Below the pieces are notes generated by a model. The model did not search any database and was not told the origin of the DNA. It saw only the letters and a list, made by a program, of their open reading frames with translations. From Octopus vulgaris (lineage: Eukaryota), in NCBI GenBank assembly GCA_951406725.2, contig OX597814.1, forward strand, positions 39,990,001 through 40,054,000: a DNA stretch of 64,000 bases. Reading direction: 5' to 3'. A program made the position numbers and the translations under genes. How positions within the stretch are numbered: position 1 is the first letter of the stretch; every line of letters begins with the position of its first letter. Positions 29,212 through 42,435 of the stretch are shown in pieces.

Positions 29212-30539
29212 AAATATGTATAATCATCAATTTTATTGCGTTTACATAAGTCAGTATGGATATGTCTGTATTGTAAAAATACACGACTGAACTATATTGC
29301 ACGTTTTCGGGTATATATCAGCTGTAATTGTGAGATCCGTGTATCTAGGTATAGAAAGATAGTAAGTTTCAAGCAGTCTGTTTTAGGCATAGAAAACATC
29401 TTTCAGGAACAATGATAATTTATTGACTTCGAATGTTGTAGGCATTTCTGCATATCGAATTTCGATAAGATGACTAAATCTGTTTGTATAGTTCGCGGTT
29501 AGAAACTAGAGTTGTATGTGTACGAGTGCAATTGCTTATGTGTGTGTACTTTCGGGTGTATGTAATGTGAGCATTCAATAAAAGTACAGAAACGCGGGGT
29601 AAATAAATATCCAGTACGAATTGCCCGCGTGAGACTAATCGAAAGAAAGCATCATTAAAAGGAGGCTAAATTCCTAAATTTGTTAATTCATAAATTCGAT
29701 GGCAGAATTCAAGAATTTTGCTATTCTTTGAATACAAATATATACTTACGGCGATTAACATAAATAAGTGAAAAAAATCTTTGATAGTGTTACACTCAAC
29801 ATAACTGCAGCCTTATGTGTGAAAACAGTAAAGACCAAATTTAATAATAGATAATTATGAATATATTTGAATAGCAGTGTTGGCAATTTTGTATAACATA
29901 TATTTCCACATTAAAGAGGTAACTGGGAAACAGTTTTTAGCTATTACGCTATGAGTAAGATAGACATAAATGAGAAATATGAGAATGAATATTAAACTTG
30001 AACACATTAAATTAACTTATTTCTACAATTAAATTGTTCTTACTCATGACAGAAACGAAGAATTAATGATAATGAACAAGTTCAAGTAATATAAATGATG
30101 CATAGAAGGAGTTGTAACATTGCACATAACTCTAGACTGCATTTAGAGACCTCTCAGGATAAAATATGAAACGGCCTATCTGTATACATCATCAAAATTA
30201 TCGAAATAATAATAATTGTAGACGTTAAATGCAGATATTTCAAGCAAACTCTCCCAAAACGCTTTCGTCTGTTAATGTCAATATATTGACCGATAAATAT
30301 CGTTAGATTTTACAGACAGAGGAACTCTTGAAATATGAAGAACCGAATGAACAATAGTATAGAAAAAGACGTACATAAACAGTCACATATTCGGTGTGGG
30401 CGAGTTTTCATTGATTATACAATGAATACTTTGAATAAATAGAATGCCACGATCGCCAGCCTTATAATGTAACTGATAATTTTGACTAAGTAACAAGTTA
30501 ATCAATATGGCGCTTGTATCTATCTCAGGTGTAAGTCTA

Positions 30540-30950
30540 ACATGTGGAAATCTACTAAAACCAACATGATTGGAATTAACCAAACCGCTATTGCTGAAGA
30601 GATACTTGGCATAACTTGGAAAAGTTAGAGAAAACGGAGATCTTAGTATATTCCAGAAGATGAACCAAAACATAGATTCGAAGGAAGTGCATAAAATAAA
30701 AGAAGTGCACAAAATATGCAAACTATAGAATAATTTGCATCTATAAGAACCTTTTCTTTGTAATGAACAATCTATCGAATCAATGTAAAATTGGAAATAA
30801 TGAGGCCTTGTATGAATATACGAAAGGAAGAAAATCATATTTGGATAAATACCTTCCCCAGAACTAAATATTTTACAGTTAAACAACTTCATGAATGAAC
30901 AACATTTGTAGAACGCAAAATAAAAGGGCATTGTGCGAATATTATGTTCC
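30540..30950 (+). pseudogene. Very decayed LINE reverse-transcriptase remnant (RTE-like)
   Basis: KCTKYANYRIIC resembles the C.NYR.I.L motif, followed by an NILQL segment resembling QIF.L.Q. Many stops. Confidence 0.3.
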
Positions 30951-30998
30951 AAAAATTAAGAAGGAAAATTTTATTCCGACAATGTAACTACACAGATA

Positions 30999-31205
30999 AT
31001 CCATTCTGTTATAGGCATAAGCCCTGAAATTTAGTGGGAGGTGGGGATGGGGCAGTGTTAGACGTTTTTATTAACCACTGTAATTGAGTGGCACTTCATT
31101 TATCGAACACGAGAGGATGAAAAGCAAAGTCGACCACAACTTAAGAACTGACAAAATGTCTCAAAACATTTTATCCAGCGTACTAAAACTTCTGTCTGCT
31201 CCCCA
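30999..31205 (-). mobile_element. Decayed SINE (same family as 28995-29211)
   Basis: TTTATCGAACACGAGAGGATGAAAAGCAAAGTCGACC is the reverse complement of the core; the 3' end ATTTCAGGGCTTATGCCTATAACAGAATGG also matches. Confidence 0.75.
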
Positions 31206-31659
31206 ACTTAATGCAACAAAAGAATACTCGATGAAATGCTCTGAAGAACGGCATTCACCAAGAAACTCATCGAATGAAATGAAATTTATGTTTGTCTCTA
31301 GACTACTATAATAAATACTGAAACAATTTGACAATGTCGTCTTTTTACTTGCATCCACCATGCTGTATATAGTATAAGGAAATAAATCTTTCACATGCGA
31401 GTGATGATTTTTTAACGTATTCGTGCGTGTGTTTGTGTATATGTGAATATGTAAATACATACTCACACATATACGAACACACACATACATATTTGTTGGG
31501 ATAAACAGGGATATACAACTCAAACATGAGTATATGGGAAATTTCCTATTCTTAATATGCAGAAACAACCCAAGAACTAAGTAATTCGTGTATATATAGA
31601 GACGTGTTCTTCTTTGTCTCCGAGCTTGATTTACGCATTCGTCACCACAACCGCGTTTA

Positions 31660-31970
31660 GGTTTAGGAGCCCTTTCTCTTTGGGTTCACTATCCTCTTTG
31701 TGTTACCTATTTCGACCCTCAGCAAACTCCTACATTTTATCTAATTTACTTTGCAGGAGCAACTATTTTATCGAAAGCGTATATTGTTTTTAAATGCTCG
31801 AAATACGAGAATAGAAAAAAACAGACAACAATTGTTGAAGGCTCGTAATTTTATGTTGTTTGTTTTGTTTTCCATCTGTGTCCTTCGTTGTTCCAAAGAA
31901 TAATTCCTGCTCCATGTAGCCGTGGTTCGTACATTTTTGTTGTTACACGTTTCATGACATCATGTACCCT
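31660..31970 (+). repeat. Dispersed non-coding repeat family A, copy 2
   Basis: Aligns with 46040-46345 and with the reverse complement of 28070-28400. Ends in (TACA)n. Confidence 0.7.
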
Positions 31971-31985
31971 TATATGCATATATAA

Positions 31986-32019
<34 letters not shown>

Positions 32020-32151
32020 CATACATACATACATACATACATACATAGATACATACATACATACGTACATACATCTACATATATGATAGATCGTTAGCTA
32101 CTACACGCATTTTTGCTCTCCTTGTTTCGCTCCTTGTTATTGTTCTGTGTA

Positions 32152-32189
32152 TCTTTCTGTCGAAGAGCGTAGGCTCGAAACGTAAAAGA
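32152..32189 (+). ncRNA. Minimal type I hammerhead ribozyme motif (A6U variant, extra A after A9)
   Basis: TCTTT-CTGTCGA-A-GAGC(GTAG)GCTC-GAAA-CG-TA-AAAGA: perfect 5-bp stem I, 4-bp stem II, ACGT palindrome. Within a ~190-bp element between (TACA)n and (TA)n. Confidence 0.7.
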
Positions 32190-32277
32190 CTTTTCTATTC
32201 CTGAGGCACTATACTAATACATTTACTTATTTGTACTACACCTGCCTTCATCTTTTGTTTATTTTTGTACACTGTCT

Positions 32278-32337
<60 letters not shown>

Positions 32338-32622
32338 GTATAAATGTAAATATCAAATAATTAAATGAGGCAATTAACTAGCAGAGTTCTACCAAAAGGA
32401 AAATAAGTGCCATCACATAAGACTGAAGGTGTTAGAACACCTACACTGCTAGAAATATTTACATATGTGAGTGGACGAACGAACGAAAAACTCGTCAATA
32501 CATATAGCATGACTTACATATATAATCGATTTTGAACAAGCGAGGTTTCTGTGAGAAGCCTACAATGTTTTAAGCTGCATGCAATCAAGCTGTCTGGAAT
32601 AATAATGATGATGATGATGATG

Positions 32623-32684
<62 letters not shown>

Positions 32685-32687
<3 letters not shown>

Positions 32688-32953
32688 GTCGATAGATATG
32701 ACAGGTTAGCTTGGGCTGTTAAGCAGTTGTGGTCGACGAATAAGGTGTTAGTAGGACCAATAATTGTCGTAGCCCTGAGAACAATGAGTAAAAATCTTGA
32801 GAGGAACAAATACGGGCTGCAATAAGGGTTGGGTATTTGCAGAAAACAGCACTGCTTTGAACTACTCGATAAGTAAGAAACGTTATCTTTGTTCACTGCT
32901 AGTGAACAGCTGACACCGTTGTTCTTCACCAGTGTTAGAAGAGATGCAAAGGC
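32685..32953 (+). mobile_element. 5'-truncated 3' end of an R4/Dong-type LINE in (TAA)n
   Basis: KVDRYDRLAWAVKQLWSTNKVLVGPIIVVALRTMSKNL...LQKTALL (RLE C-terminus). (TAA)n upstream at 32622-32686 and TAA repeats downstream. Confidence 0.85.
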
Positions 32954-33188
32954 AATAATAATGATACTAATAATAATAGAACCAGCTTTAACAGCAGCTG
33001 GATGTGTTCGTTGCTGCTCTGACCAATCAGCAGTCGAAGACACAGAAACGCTATTACAACCCAGGAGGACAACTGAAAAATATCTCTAAAAGCCTTGAAT
33101 ATCTAGAATTTCCTATGAGAGTTTTAAATTTCCCTGAAAATAAGTTAAGAAACTTACATATCTACAGTTCTTGAACACACAAGCGATC

Positions 33189-33575
33189 AACTTTAATATC
33201 TACAACTTCTGTGAATACCTGTCTTTTCATTTCTCCCTGAGTATTCAAAAATGTAAATGTCGTTTTTATTCTCAGAACAATATAGTTCTATTTGTTCGGA
33301 CAAACAAAGGATCATCTTTAATATATTTTAAAACTCTAATATCTACAATTTTCTGTGAAAATGTTACCCTCCTTTTCTTTCCTTTCTCTGAGTATTCAAA
33401 AATGTAAACATCCTTTTTATTGCAAAAACACTCGTCTTCTCCGATCGGACATACAAAAGAACATCTCTAGAAAATTTTAAAACTTTAATATCTACAATAT
33501 TTTGTGAAAACTTTATCTTTCTTTTATCCCTGACTATCCGAATATGCAAACATGCCTTTTATTGTAACAACAATT
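33189..33575. repeat. Diverged tandem repeat, ~146-bp unit, ~2.6 copies
   Basis: AACT(T/C)TAATATCTACAA...GTGAA...CTGAGTATTCAAAAATGTAAA recurs at ~33189, 33332 and 33481. Confidence 0.85.
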
Positions 33576-34276
33576 TAAATGCATGATCAAAATATGAAAA
33601 TTAAGGATTTAGGCGTCTGACAATATATATAAACTGCACGATTACAACAACTGTAAACCACATCAAAATTTATAAAAATTAAAAGATAAATTCCAAAGAA
33701 AAGAAATCGGAAATTCAAAACTTCAACGAGGTGAACATCAGTATATAATATATAATTATTTTTTCTAACAGTAAATTTAAAAATAGAACATGTTGAGTTG
33801 GTCTTTTTGAAGGCCAAGTTCAGCGCGCTCATTGACCGCTAGTAGTAGTAAACACATTTAACCTCTGCTGTCACGAATGTTTGAGGCCACTTTTGTTTCC
33901 TTATCGCACAGTAATACCCATTGTTTATATCTTCTCCATTTGCCAAATCTATATGCAGACCTGTGGAATTTAATTAATTGGCCAAACAGTATTTTCTTGC
34001 TCCTTGTCCCTTACACGATCACATATTTATGAATATCTCAAGTACAAGACAAAAATTGAAACTAAGCAACATTCAATAATACATTTTAAAAATAAATGGA
34101 AATATGGATCTTTATTAGCCACATTGAAATAATGATGATAATGGTGGTGATAATATTAATAATGATAATAGTAATAATTTAACCAAAACTGATGTCGGAT
34201 GAGAGAAAATATTAACAATGACAAATAATAAAGAAAAAAGAAAATAACAATATCGGTGATGATAATAATAATAATA

Positions 34277-37240
34277 AACGGGAGAGGTTGGAATCTTCCT
34301 ATTCGCTGACTGATGATACATCTAGTGATGGTGTCACAATAAAAAAAAAAACGCTGGTAATTGCGCAACCTGATAATTGTTACCTTATATGAGTGACACT
34401 GAAAAAAACAAAATATTTTGGATAAATGTGGTAATAAAACTGAACACGTTGATTGTGACAGTGTTACAACCGGCAGGCTCAGAGATACTCGTTCAACTCC
34501 GACCTATCGTTATTCAGCAAGGGATGAAAACACACAGCGTAGATGGAGCAAGCAAATTAATGCCGTGTTCATAGAGTGTTACTTCCTGAGCAAACCCGTT
34601 GATGAAAATGGTGTTCATCTTAAGGAATACCGAAAACGAATGAGGACAAAGAGGTATCTTTCAACTCACGGAAATGAGATCATGGTGATTACGCTAGAGC
34701 AATAGGGAAAAATCATTGGTTCACAAAATTTTAGCTCAAAGCATGCAAAAGACAATTCTTGGAAAACAGCAGCAGCAGAAACGATCAGAATAGAGTTCCT
34801 ACTAATAAAAGAAATCTCATAGCACAAAACAGAGTTGAAATCTCTAATAAAGATCATGAAAGGAACAGTGATAGCTTACTCGATGAAAGACATATAGATG
34901 GTTTCGAAGAAAACAATACGATTAATGATGACATGAGAGATGGTAAAAGGACAATCTAGGAAAGAATAAAAGCAAGTCTACAGGAGGACGATAGCAACAT
35001 TATTTGCAGCCATAAAAAGGTTGATCGCTGGAGACGAAAAATGTGAATGAAATTCTGAAATACATCAGAACAAAAAGCATCTCAGAAACAAATAATTTGA
35101 TCAAGGCAGCAAGTATTGCTGTAATAGAAAAGGTGGATGTTCATGCCAAGATAAAGAAATATAATGGGAGTGACAAAAGAAAATATCCCAGGGGTAAAGA
35201 AGAATACTGGGGTGTCAGATATGCGCTCAGACTGAAATTAATGAGAAGGGAGAGCTTAAAAGCGAAGAAAAATACAGGGCACTGAACTTTCAAAGAAAGG
35301 GCATGAAAGTGGTAATGGAGGAACTTAAACAGCGCCTCGTTGGAAAGAAAGAAAATATAGTAAGATACAACCAACCGAATAGGTTATTCAGAGTAGATTA
35401 GAAAAGATTCTAAAAGAAATAAATCCAGATGAGAAGTTGACAGCAGATAACATTGAAAAATCAATGGTTTAGAGCGACATCCTGTTTGATAAGTTATGTG
35501 GAAGTTATTGACTGGAATACTCGCAGAGTCAATGTACAGATATCTGGAAAAAATGTAGTCCTGCTACATGAGCAGAATGGTTGCAAGTATTGGTGCAGAG
35601 GTACCAAAGATCAACTCCTGCTACACAAAACTCTACTTAGAGACTACAACAGGAGGAAAACTAACTTAGCCATGTCATACGATGTGATCCCATTTTCATG
35701 GATTATGGAATGTATGAACCTATTTGGTATTGCATGAAATATTGAGCGATTGCTTGGAAAATATATGGCGAATTGGAGAACGGAATTGTCAATATATGGA
35801 AGAAGTTTATGCACGAATAGATAAGGAGAAGCATCTTCCAAGGCGTCTGCGTATCCCCTCTGGACTTTGTTCTGTGCATGATACCACTAACACTAATTCT
35901 AAGGGAAGCAAATACTGTCAATGTTTTCAAAAGACACAAAGAATAAGTCAACCACTTGTTATTCATGAATGACCTTACACTTTACTGTAAAGATGATTTC
36001 AACCCAGGACCTTTGTTGATGCGTTTCATACGTTCAGTGTTAATATCAGAATGATGTAAGGAATGAAAAAGTGCGGTAAGTCAAACGTGAAATGAGACAA
36101 AATCAAATGTATGGACGGGCTAGCGATACCGATATGGAGAGATTATCAACCAGATAGAAGAGACGGGCTATAAGTAATTGAAGACATTGGAAATGGATAC
36201 ATTGATGGATAAAGAAGTGTGAGGAAATTTTAAGGTGGGGTATATACGCAAACTGAAATTGAACCTCTAGTCGAAATTAAACAGGAAGTGTAAGATTGAA
36301 GCTATCAACACCTGGGTGGTTTCACACATCATATATGGAGCAGGAGTAATCTCATGGACAGTAGACGAACTAAAGAGCTTAGACAGAAAGACAAGGACGT
36401 TGCTGACTATATATGGGATAATCCACCCAAAATGTGACAGAAACAGACTACATGTACCAAGTAAAAGAGGGGGGAAAGGACTGGTTGGATACGAACACAG
36501 CATTATAGCAGAAGTAAACAACATAGCATGGTGTGTAAAAAATGCCAGAGAACTGCTACTACAGGAAGTAAGAAGTTCAGACTTGTGTAAGATGAAAGAT
36601 TGCAAAGGTAAAGTACTGTACAAATACTTGAGAATGAATGAAGCAGAACATTATTGGATGTAGAAAAGAGTGAATGGACAACTTTATAAGGATGTGAAAG
36701 ATAGAAGAGACAGAGAAAAAACATGGTTATGGATGACGAGAAGTGATTGAAACCGGAAAGGGAGGCTCTAATCTGTGCTGCCCAAGACCAAAGAGTTATA
36801 AACAAATTGTATCAAATACAGAATAGACAGCACATTAGAAAGTGATAAGTGGAGAATTTATCGACAAAATGTTGAAACCGTATATCATCCGTAAATGTAC
36901 ACCGCTAGACCATAATGAATATAAGAGAAGCTATTACAATATATCAAGGATATTACATTGGACACTTTGCAACAAGTACGGTCTTGGCAGAGCAAGAAAT
37001 TAGTATGATCATAAACCCGAAGCCATCATCGAAGGAGGTAATGCAATGATATTATTGTGTCTTAAGATTCACTGCGACTGTGAGATAATGAATCGGAAAC
37101 TAGACATAGGCTTAATTGAGAAAGAAGGTAAACGATTCTGGATCATAAATATATCAAGTCCAGCTGAAAACAGGGTATGCGATAAGGAATAAAGAAAAGA
37201 CGATAGAGTTGACAGGTTATCTTGAGAAGTTAAGCAGTTA
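34277..37240 (+). mobile_element. R4/Dong-clade non-LTR retrotransposon (RT + restriction-like endonuclease), decayed and 3'-truncated
   Basis: N-terminal RRWSKQINAVFIECYFLS..YRKRM; EQNGC..RGTKDQLL; FQG.CVSPL.FVLCMIPL; HLLFMNDL (35962); AINTW...YGAGVISWT..ELKSLDRKTR...HPKCD..RLHVP.K.GGKGL; ICAAQDQ; zinc-knuckle remnant ~36841-36900; RKLDIGLIEKEGKRFWIINISSP endonuclease. Preceded by (TAA)n. Confidence 0.93.
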
Positions 37241-37329
37241 TCACACGAGCAGGCGCCACAATAGCACACATTAACACACTAAACAATCTCTGTAAAAACC
37301 CAAAACACACATACGTATGCACACTCACC

Positions 37330-37850
37330 ATAATATACAAAACGTATCTTCGAAAACAAGAACAATACACATACAAAGACACACACATACACAACAAAGC
37401 AAGAGAAAAATAATTCCATCCAAATCCTTTCCATAACTATTCTTAAAATAGCCACTTAACAACTGACCATATTCTCTCAGTGAAGAAAAAATGCTTGAAA
37501 GGATATTTAAAAAGACACTTCCCCAATACACACATAGCTAGCCATTACCAACAACACACATAGCTAGCCATTACCAACAACACATATGCATAGACACACG
37601 CATACGCACCTACAAGTGATGCATACAAAACCACACAAACTCACACACACACACAAAAGTAAGCAAACGGAAAATAATTCCTTCGAAATCTTTTGTATGA
37701 CCATCGTTGAAAAGCTACTTAACCACTGATTATATTGTCTCAGTAAAAGGAGAAAAACAAAAATATTTTGACAAAATACCCAGATAGAAGAAAATGCAAA
37801 CACACAAACGGAGAAACACATACACACTCGTAAACACACACACACACACA
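37330..37850. repeat. Diverged tandem duplication (~265-bp unit) with CA-rich spacers
   Basis: AAAATAATTCC..AAATC.TT...ACTTAAC.ACTGA..ATATT.TCTCAGT at ~37407 and ~37671. Exact 26-bp duplication CACATAGCTAGCCATTACCAACAACA at 37531/37557. Confidence 0.7.
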
Positions 37851-38225
37851 GCTGGACGTCTTCCGAATAGAAATTAACTATTCAATTCAAAAGTCTTCTT
37901 TTCAATATGATTCCTGAAACTTGAAAGTTTGAATCTCACCACAAACTTCCATAGATAAAACACATAAGAAGGACTCGAAAGTAACATTTCACCATGCACA
38001 AAAACAAGGGTACAAACTGTTAATCACCAGTTTCTGTTCTCTGTAATTTACAAAAATCTTTTTAATATTTGCTAACAGGGATAGATCGAAACCGGTAAAC
38101 AAAAATATTAAATATTCTCTAAAATATACTTTTGTTTCTTTTCCAACTTTATTTACAATTTTAACCATAATATTTGATTCGTGAGGGCTCTTACCCTATG
38201 GCTATACATATGTATAGACACATAC

Positions 38226-38282
<57 letters not shown>

Positions 38283-38459
38283 TACATGCACGCACACACA
38301 CATACATATATATATATGTGTGTATGTATGTATGTATGTATACATATGTATACACACATACAATTATCCCCTCCGGCCATTCAATATATATGACCGCGTG
38401 CGTATCGTTGGCGATTTTCTTTCTCCGTCTTCTGTTTCTTGGACCTTTCCTTTTTCTAT

Positions 38460-38494
38460 GTTTCTGACGAAGAGCTCCGCTCGAAACGTTGAAT
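38460..38494 (+). ncRNA. Minimal type I hammerhead ribozyme motif (extra A after A9; weak stem I)
   Basis: GTTT-CTGACGA-A-GAGC(TCC)GCTC-GAAA-CG-TT-GAAT with AACGTT palindrome. Within a ~230-bp element between TA/CA microsatellites; related to 32152. Confidence 0.7.
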
Positions 38495-38602
38495 CCTCCT
38501 TCTTCTTCCTTTCCTTTCCTGAGCGTATAATAACACTATACATTTTCCACGTCCTCGCATTGTTGTGTTTTCTCCTTGTTCATGTTTGGATTGATTATAT
38601 CT

Positions 38603-38663
<61 letters not shown>

Positions 38664-39497
38664 TGTATATGCGTATGTAATTATATAAGTAAGTATATAT
38701 GCACACCGCATATGTTGATCTGATATACACACTCACTCACTACCAATCTATCTGTGCATACACACACAGACACGCACGCACCTATAGACGTATTAGCTTC
38801 TGTAGACAGTGAAATGTCAATAAAAGTTTATATATCATTGTATAAGGACCATTTGGAAATGCTTGATTTTGCAAGAATAATTTTCCAAATCTCTTCAATT
38901 TCAATCATAAAGATTTCTTTAATACATGTGAATCCCAGTATTCAAAAAATCATCAACATTTGTGTCGACACAATCAAATCACCTTTAAAAAAAGTACAAA
39001 ATAAACGCCTTAAAACTAGACTCTACTCAATTTCAATATGAACTTGTAAAATTCCTTGATTAATTACAACCTCATATCCGATTTTCATGTCAAAACTGGT
39101 CTTTTCAAAGATATTTATTTTATAGTTCATGCTGCACTGCGCTTGGATGCTTGCAAATACTAGTAAGCTTTATCCAACGTCCCTACCTTTGCTGCATTTA
39201 AATATGAAAGTTTATTTGGAAATTACATGGGCATTAAAGCTCTCCTTCGGGGCATTATATTATTTTTCAAAGAGAAATGTTATTGCAGCACATAAAACGC
39301 GAATATTTATGTTATGTTACACGCATAATATAACTTCCTGCTCATGTTCTAAGACCATCGTCTTATCTCCTATAAATTTTTATGAGTTAGTAGTATTTCC
39401 TATTTGTCATTTTACTGAGATTTAAATGAAAGATATTAAAAAAAAAAAGATTGATTATTCTGGCCTGACATACAGAAACAAGTAATATTCTTGGTAC

Positions 39498-39565
<68 letters not shown>

Positions 39566-40398
39566 GGAATGTCATCTTAACTATGTATAAAATTTTCAAG
39601 AACTTGACACAACATACCCAAAATATTTAAAGCAGATCTACTGTTTCATGAAAATTATGTATTTGACTACGCCTTTTTTCATTAATTGATCTTAAGAAAA
39701 ATACTCTATTAATACAACAGGAACATTACAACTCACACTACACATTTTCCATAATGCATTACCATTTCATCATTTTTTTTCCTCTTCATTTTATCAAGCA
39801 ATTAATTCGGAGTTGTCGACCGCAGTACACTTGCAAATGGCAGACACACACACTACACATTAAAACGTATATTATGTGAGAAAAGCATTTGATATTTAAA
39901 TATAACCTCGAACAAATTAAATAATTGATTTACATACCAAATCTCATACTGATTGTGAAAATATGTTGTTTTTTTTTCACAATAGCTTACCGAAATTTTG
40001 TATCAGATATATTTCTTAAGGAAAATGCTTTCTATGAGACGAAACATAATCTTCTTAGGTATAGTTTAAATGTATATAGTGTAAATACATATACAAGAGT
40101 TCTTTAAACTTCTCGAAAACGTTCTCGAATATTACAACAGAGTATCATACAATAGTATGTTAATTTATTATACTTTACATTAAACCATTTATTTTACGTC
40201 TGAGTTTCACGGGTCTCCTGCTTCCCTATAATATTCTGAAAAACGCAAGCTCGTATTTCGAAGTCACATAAAAAGTAATGTTCCATAACACTATTACATT
40301 CCTTCAATGGATTTATATATACACACACATACCCGCATACGCACACATGAGCATGCACACACAGCACAAAACACACACACATATACATCAATCTATAC

Positions 40399-40437
<39 letters not shown>

Positions 40438-40440
<3 letters not shown>

Positions 40441-40929
40441 ACTTATAAATAAGGGCAAACGAAAAAATGTCTAATGCCAAATATGCCGAAAATTGGACAT
40501 ATTGTGCATTTAACATATATTTTTTTTCAATACGCACGCTAATCGAAAAAAAGGTCGACAGAAATTTCTAAAACATTCCATTATTACCATATCGGACTGA
40601 TATCAGGGTTAGTTAAAAAATAACCCTCCCTTCGTCAGTGATAAATGTGGCAAAGAAATAAATGAGATACTTACTCATACCCATAGAAAATGCAAAACAC
40701 TAAGTCATGAGCACAACAAAGTAGCCCAAATACATCCAAAATAGAAATACTGTAGCCCATTCAAGACACGTGCGATTTGAACCGAGGCTCTCACAGAGTG
40801 AGAGAGTCCGGAAATGAACACTATTAAACTTATATTTAATGTAGGATAAAATCTTTTCGATGACAATATGTCCAATTTCGGCATATTTGTCATTAGACAT
40901 TTTTTCGTTTGCCCTTAGTTATAAGTTGT
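40438..40929 (-). mobile_element. Non-coding element with ~67-bp inverted ends, a tRNA-like segment and a decayed hammerhead
   Basis: Arms 40438-40505 / 40863-40929 are almost perfect. Minus strand: B box GGTTCAAATC (40774-40783) and TATCA-CTGACGA-AGGG..CCCT-GATA-TCAG-TC-CGATA (40590-40643). Confidence 0.8.
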
Positions 40930-40983
40930 TTATAATTTTTACCTTTAAAGGTATTTTTTAATATGCTGGCCATTGATAAATTT

Positions 40984-41072
<89 letters not shown>

Positions 41073-41975
41073 TGTGTGTGTGTGTAATGTGTGCGCTTTA
41101 TGGGTACATGCGTCTATATGTGTTACCTTTTTTCTTGTTATTGGTTCGAGCTAGAAGCTTCAGCCTTGCTGGAGCACCTTGTTCAGTCACTTTAGATATT
41201 CACACATACACACACACAAATACACAGGCTCGCACGCGCACATAAACATGCATATAAAGAAAACACATTAGGAGTGTACATTTAACTAAAACTTCGTCAC
41301 AAAAAAACGGAACTTCTTGGATAAAACATTATTTCATTAAAATTAGAAAATTTTCCGCTACCATCACTGCTTAGAAACACAGATTCATATTCATAAGCAT
41401 CGTCTTTCACACAAGGTCGAAGAAGCGGTACAAATCAACTGCTGTGATCAGCTGTAAAGGAAGGTCTAGTCACTAAATTCATCACGTCAGAAAATTGTAA
41501 TGAGATTCCTATTAAATCTAACATACATACATTTCCTATTAGGTGGTGTTATATAGCATGTGGTGGAAATCTCTAGCCTAGTATGGACGCAAATATTCGA
41601 GCTATTTGTTTACTTTCAATAAAACTTGCAATAATCATATTGCTTTTTGTCATGATTATAATTCCTTGCACTAATGTTTTGTCTAAACCATAAATTTGGG
41701 ATGCCGTCATATGCTAACAGAGATACCACTTTTGATTTACATGAGATCCAAATCAATTAAGTAATTATATGTATCATGAATGGCAAAGTAATTGAATTAA
41801 TTCCCTACGGATGCAGTAATGAAGAAATTATATCGATCATCTATTTATACGTATACTCAGCATTGCACAATACAATCATATACTCACAAATTAATGCAAA
41901 TAAAAAAGGTCGCTCATAACATAACCTGATAATCATGGTTCAATCGATAGTTCAAATATGTATGTGAGTCTGTGA

Positions 41976-42043
<68 letters not shown>

Positions 42044-42046
<3 letters not shown>

Positions 42047-42162
42047 CTGCTCGCTTAGCCAGCGGGGTGGCGTCATTTGAAGGCTAAAACAATGCGAAGC
42101 GCATTGTGACCAGTGATGTGTAACAACATCTGATGGCCTGGTCGGTCACGGTCATCACGGTG
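42044..42162 (+). mobile_element. Short 5'-truncated retroposon 3' end inserted in (TA)n
   Basis: 119-bp GC-richer island flanked on both sides by (TA)n, ending in a tandem tail GTCACGGTCATCACGGTGA typical of LINE 3' ends. Confidence 0.55.
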
Positions 42163-42267
42163 ATATATATATATATATATATAATTCTAAAAAACGAAGA
42201 AAAACACGAGAAAAATAATAAAGCGTGGACGTGGTACATGCAACGTATTAGCAGACGTATTTTATAT

Positions 42268-42430
42268 ATTGCCCTGTCTAAGTGGCTTTTCCCTACATCT
42301 ACTTCTATGCCTGCTCGAGTGAAAATCACTTGATTCTCTTCATAGAATACACCAAAGAGTGCTCAATTGATTTTCACTCGAGCGGGTATAGAATGAAATG
42401 TGGGGAAAAGCAAGTTAGACAGGACACTAT
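42268..42430. repeat. Fold-back with ~65-bp arms
   Basis: CCTGTCTAA..GCTTTTCCCTACAT..TTCTATGCCTGCTCGAGTGAAAATCA / TGATTTTCACTCGAGCGGGTATAGAA..ATGTGGGGAAAAGC..TTAGACAGG. Confidence 0.88.
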
Positions 42431-42435
42431 CTAAA

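Noticed and set aside
30383-30952. 189-aa minus-strand ORF
   Set aside because: No motif; appears to be the antisense of a decayed LINE remnant.
31239-31275. CTGAAGA...GAAACTCATC motif
   Set aside because: Stem I and stem II pairing are inadequate; likely chance.
33189-33575. Periodic repeats as a CRISPR-like array
   Set aside because: Whole units are homologous with no unique spacers, the context is eukaryotic and there are no cas genes.
38085-38102. GATC-GAAA-CCGG-TA-AAC (HHR 3' half); similar half at ~57912-57928 on the minus strand
   Set aside because: No CUGANGA half found upstream; not counted as ribozymes.
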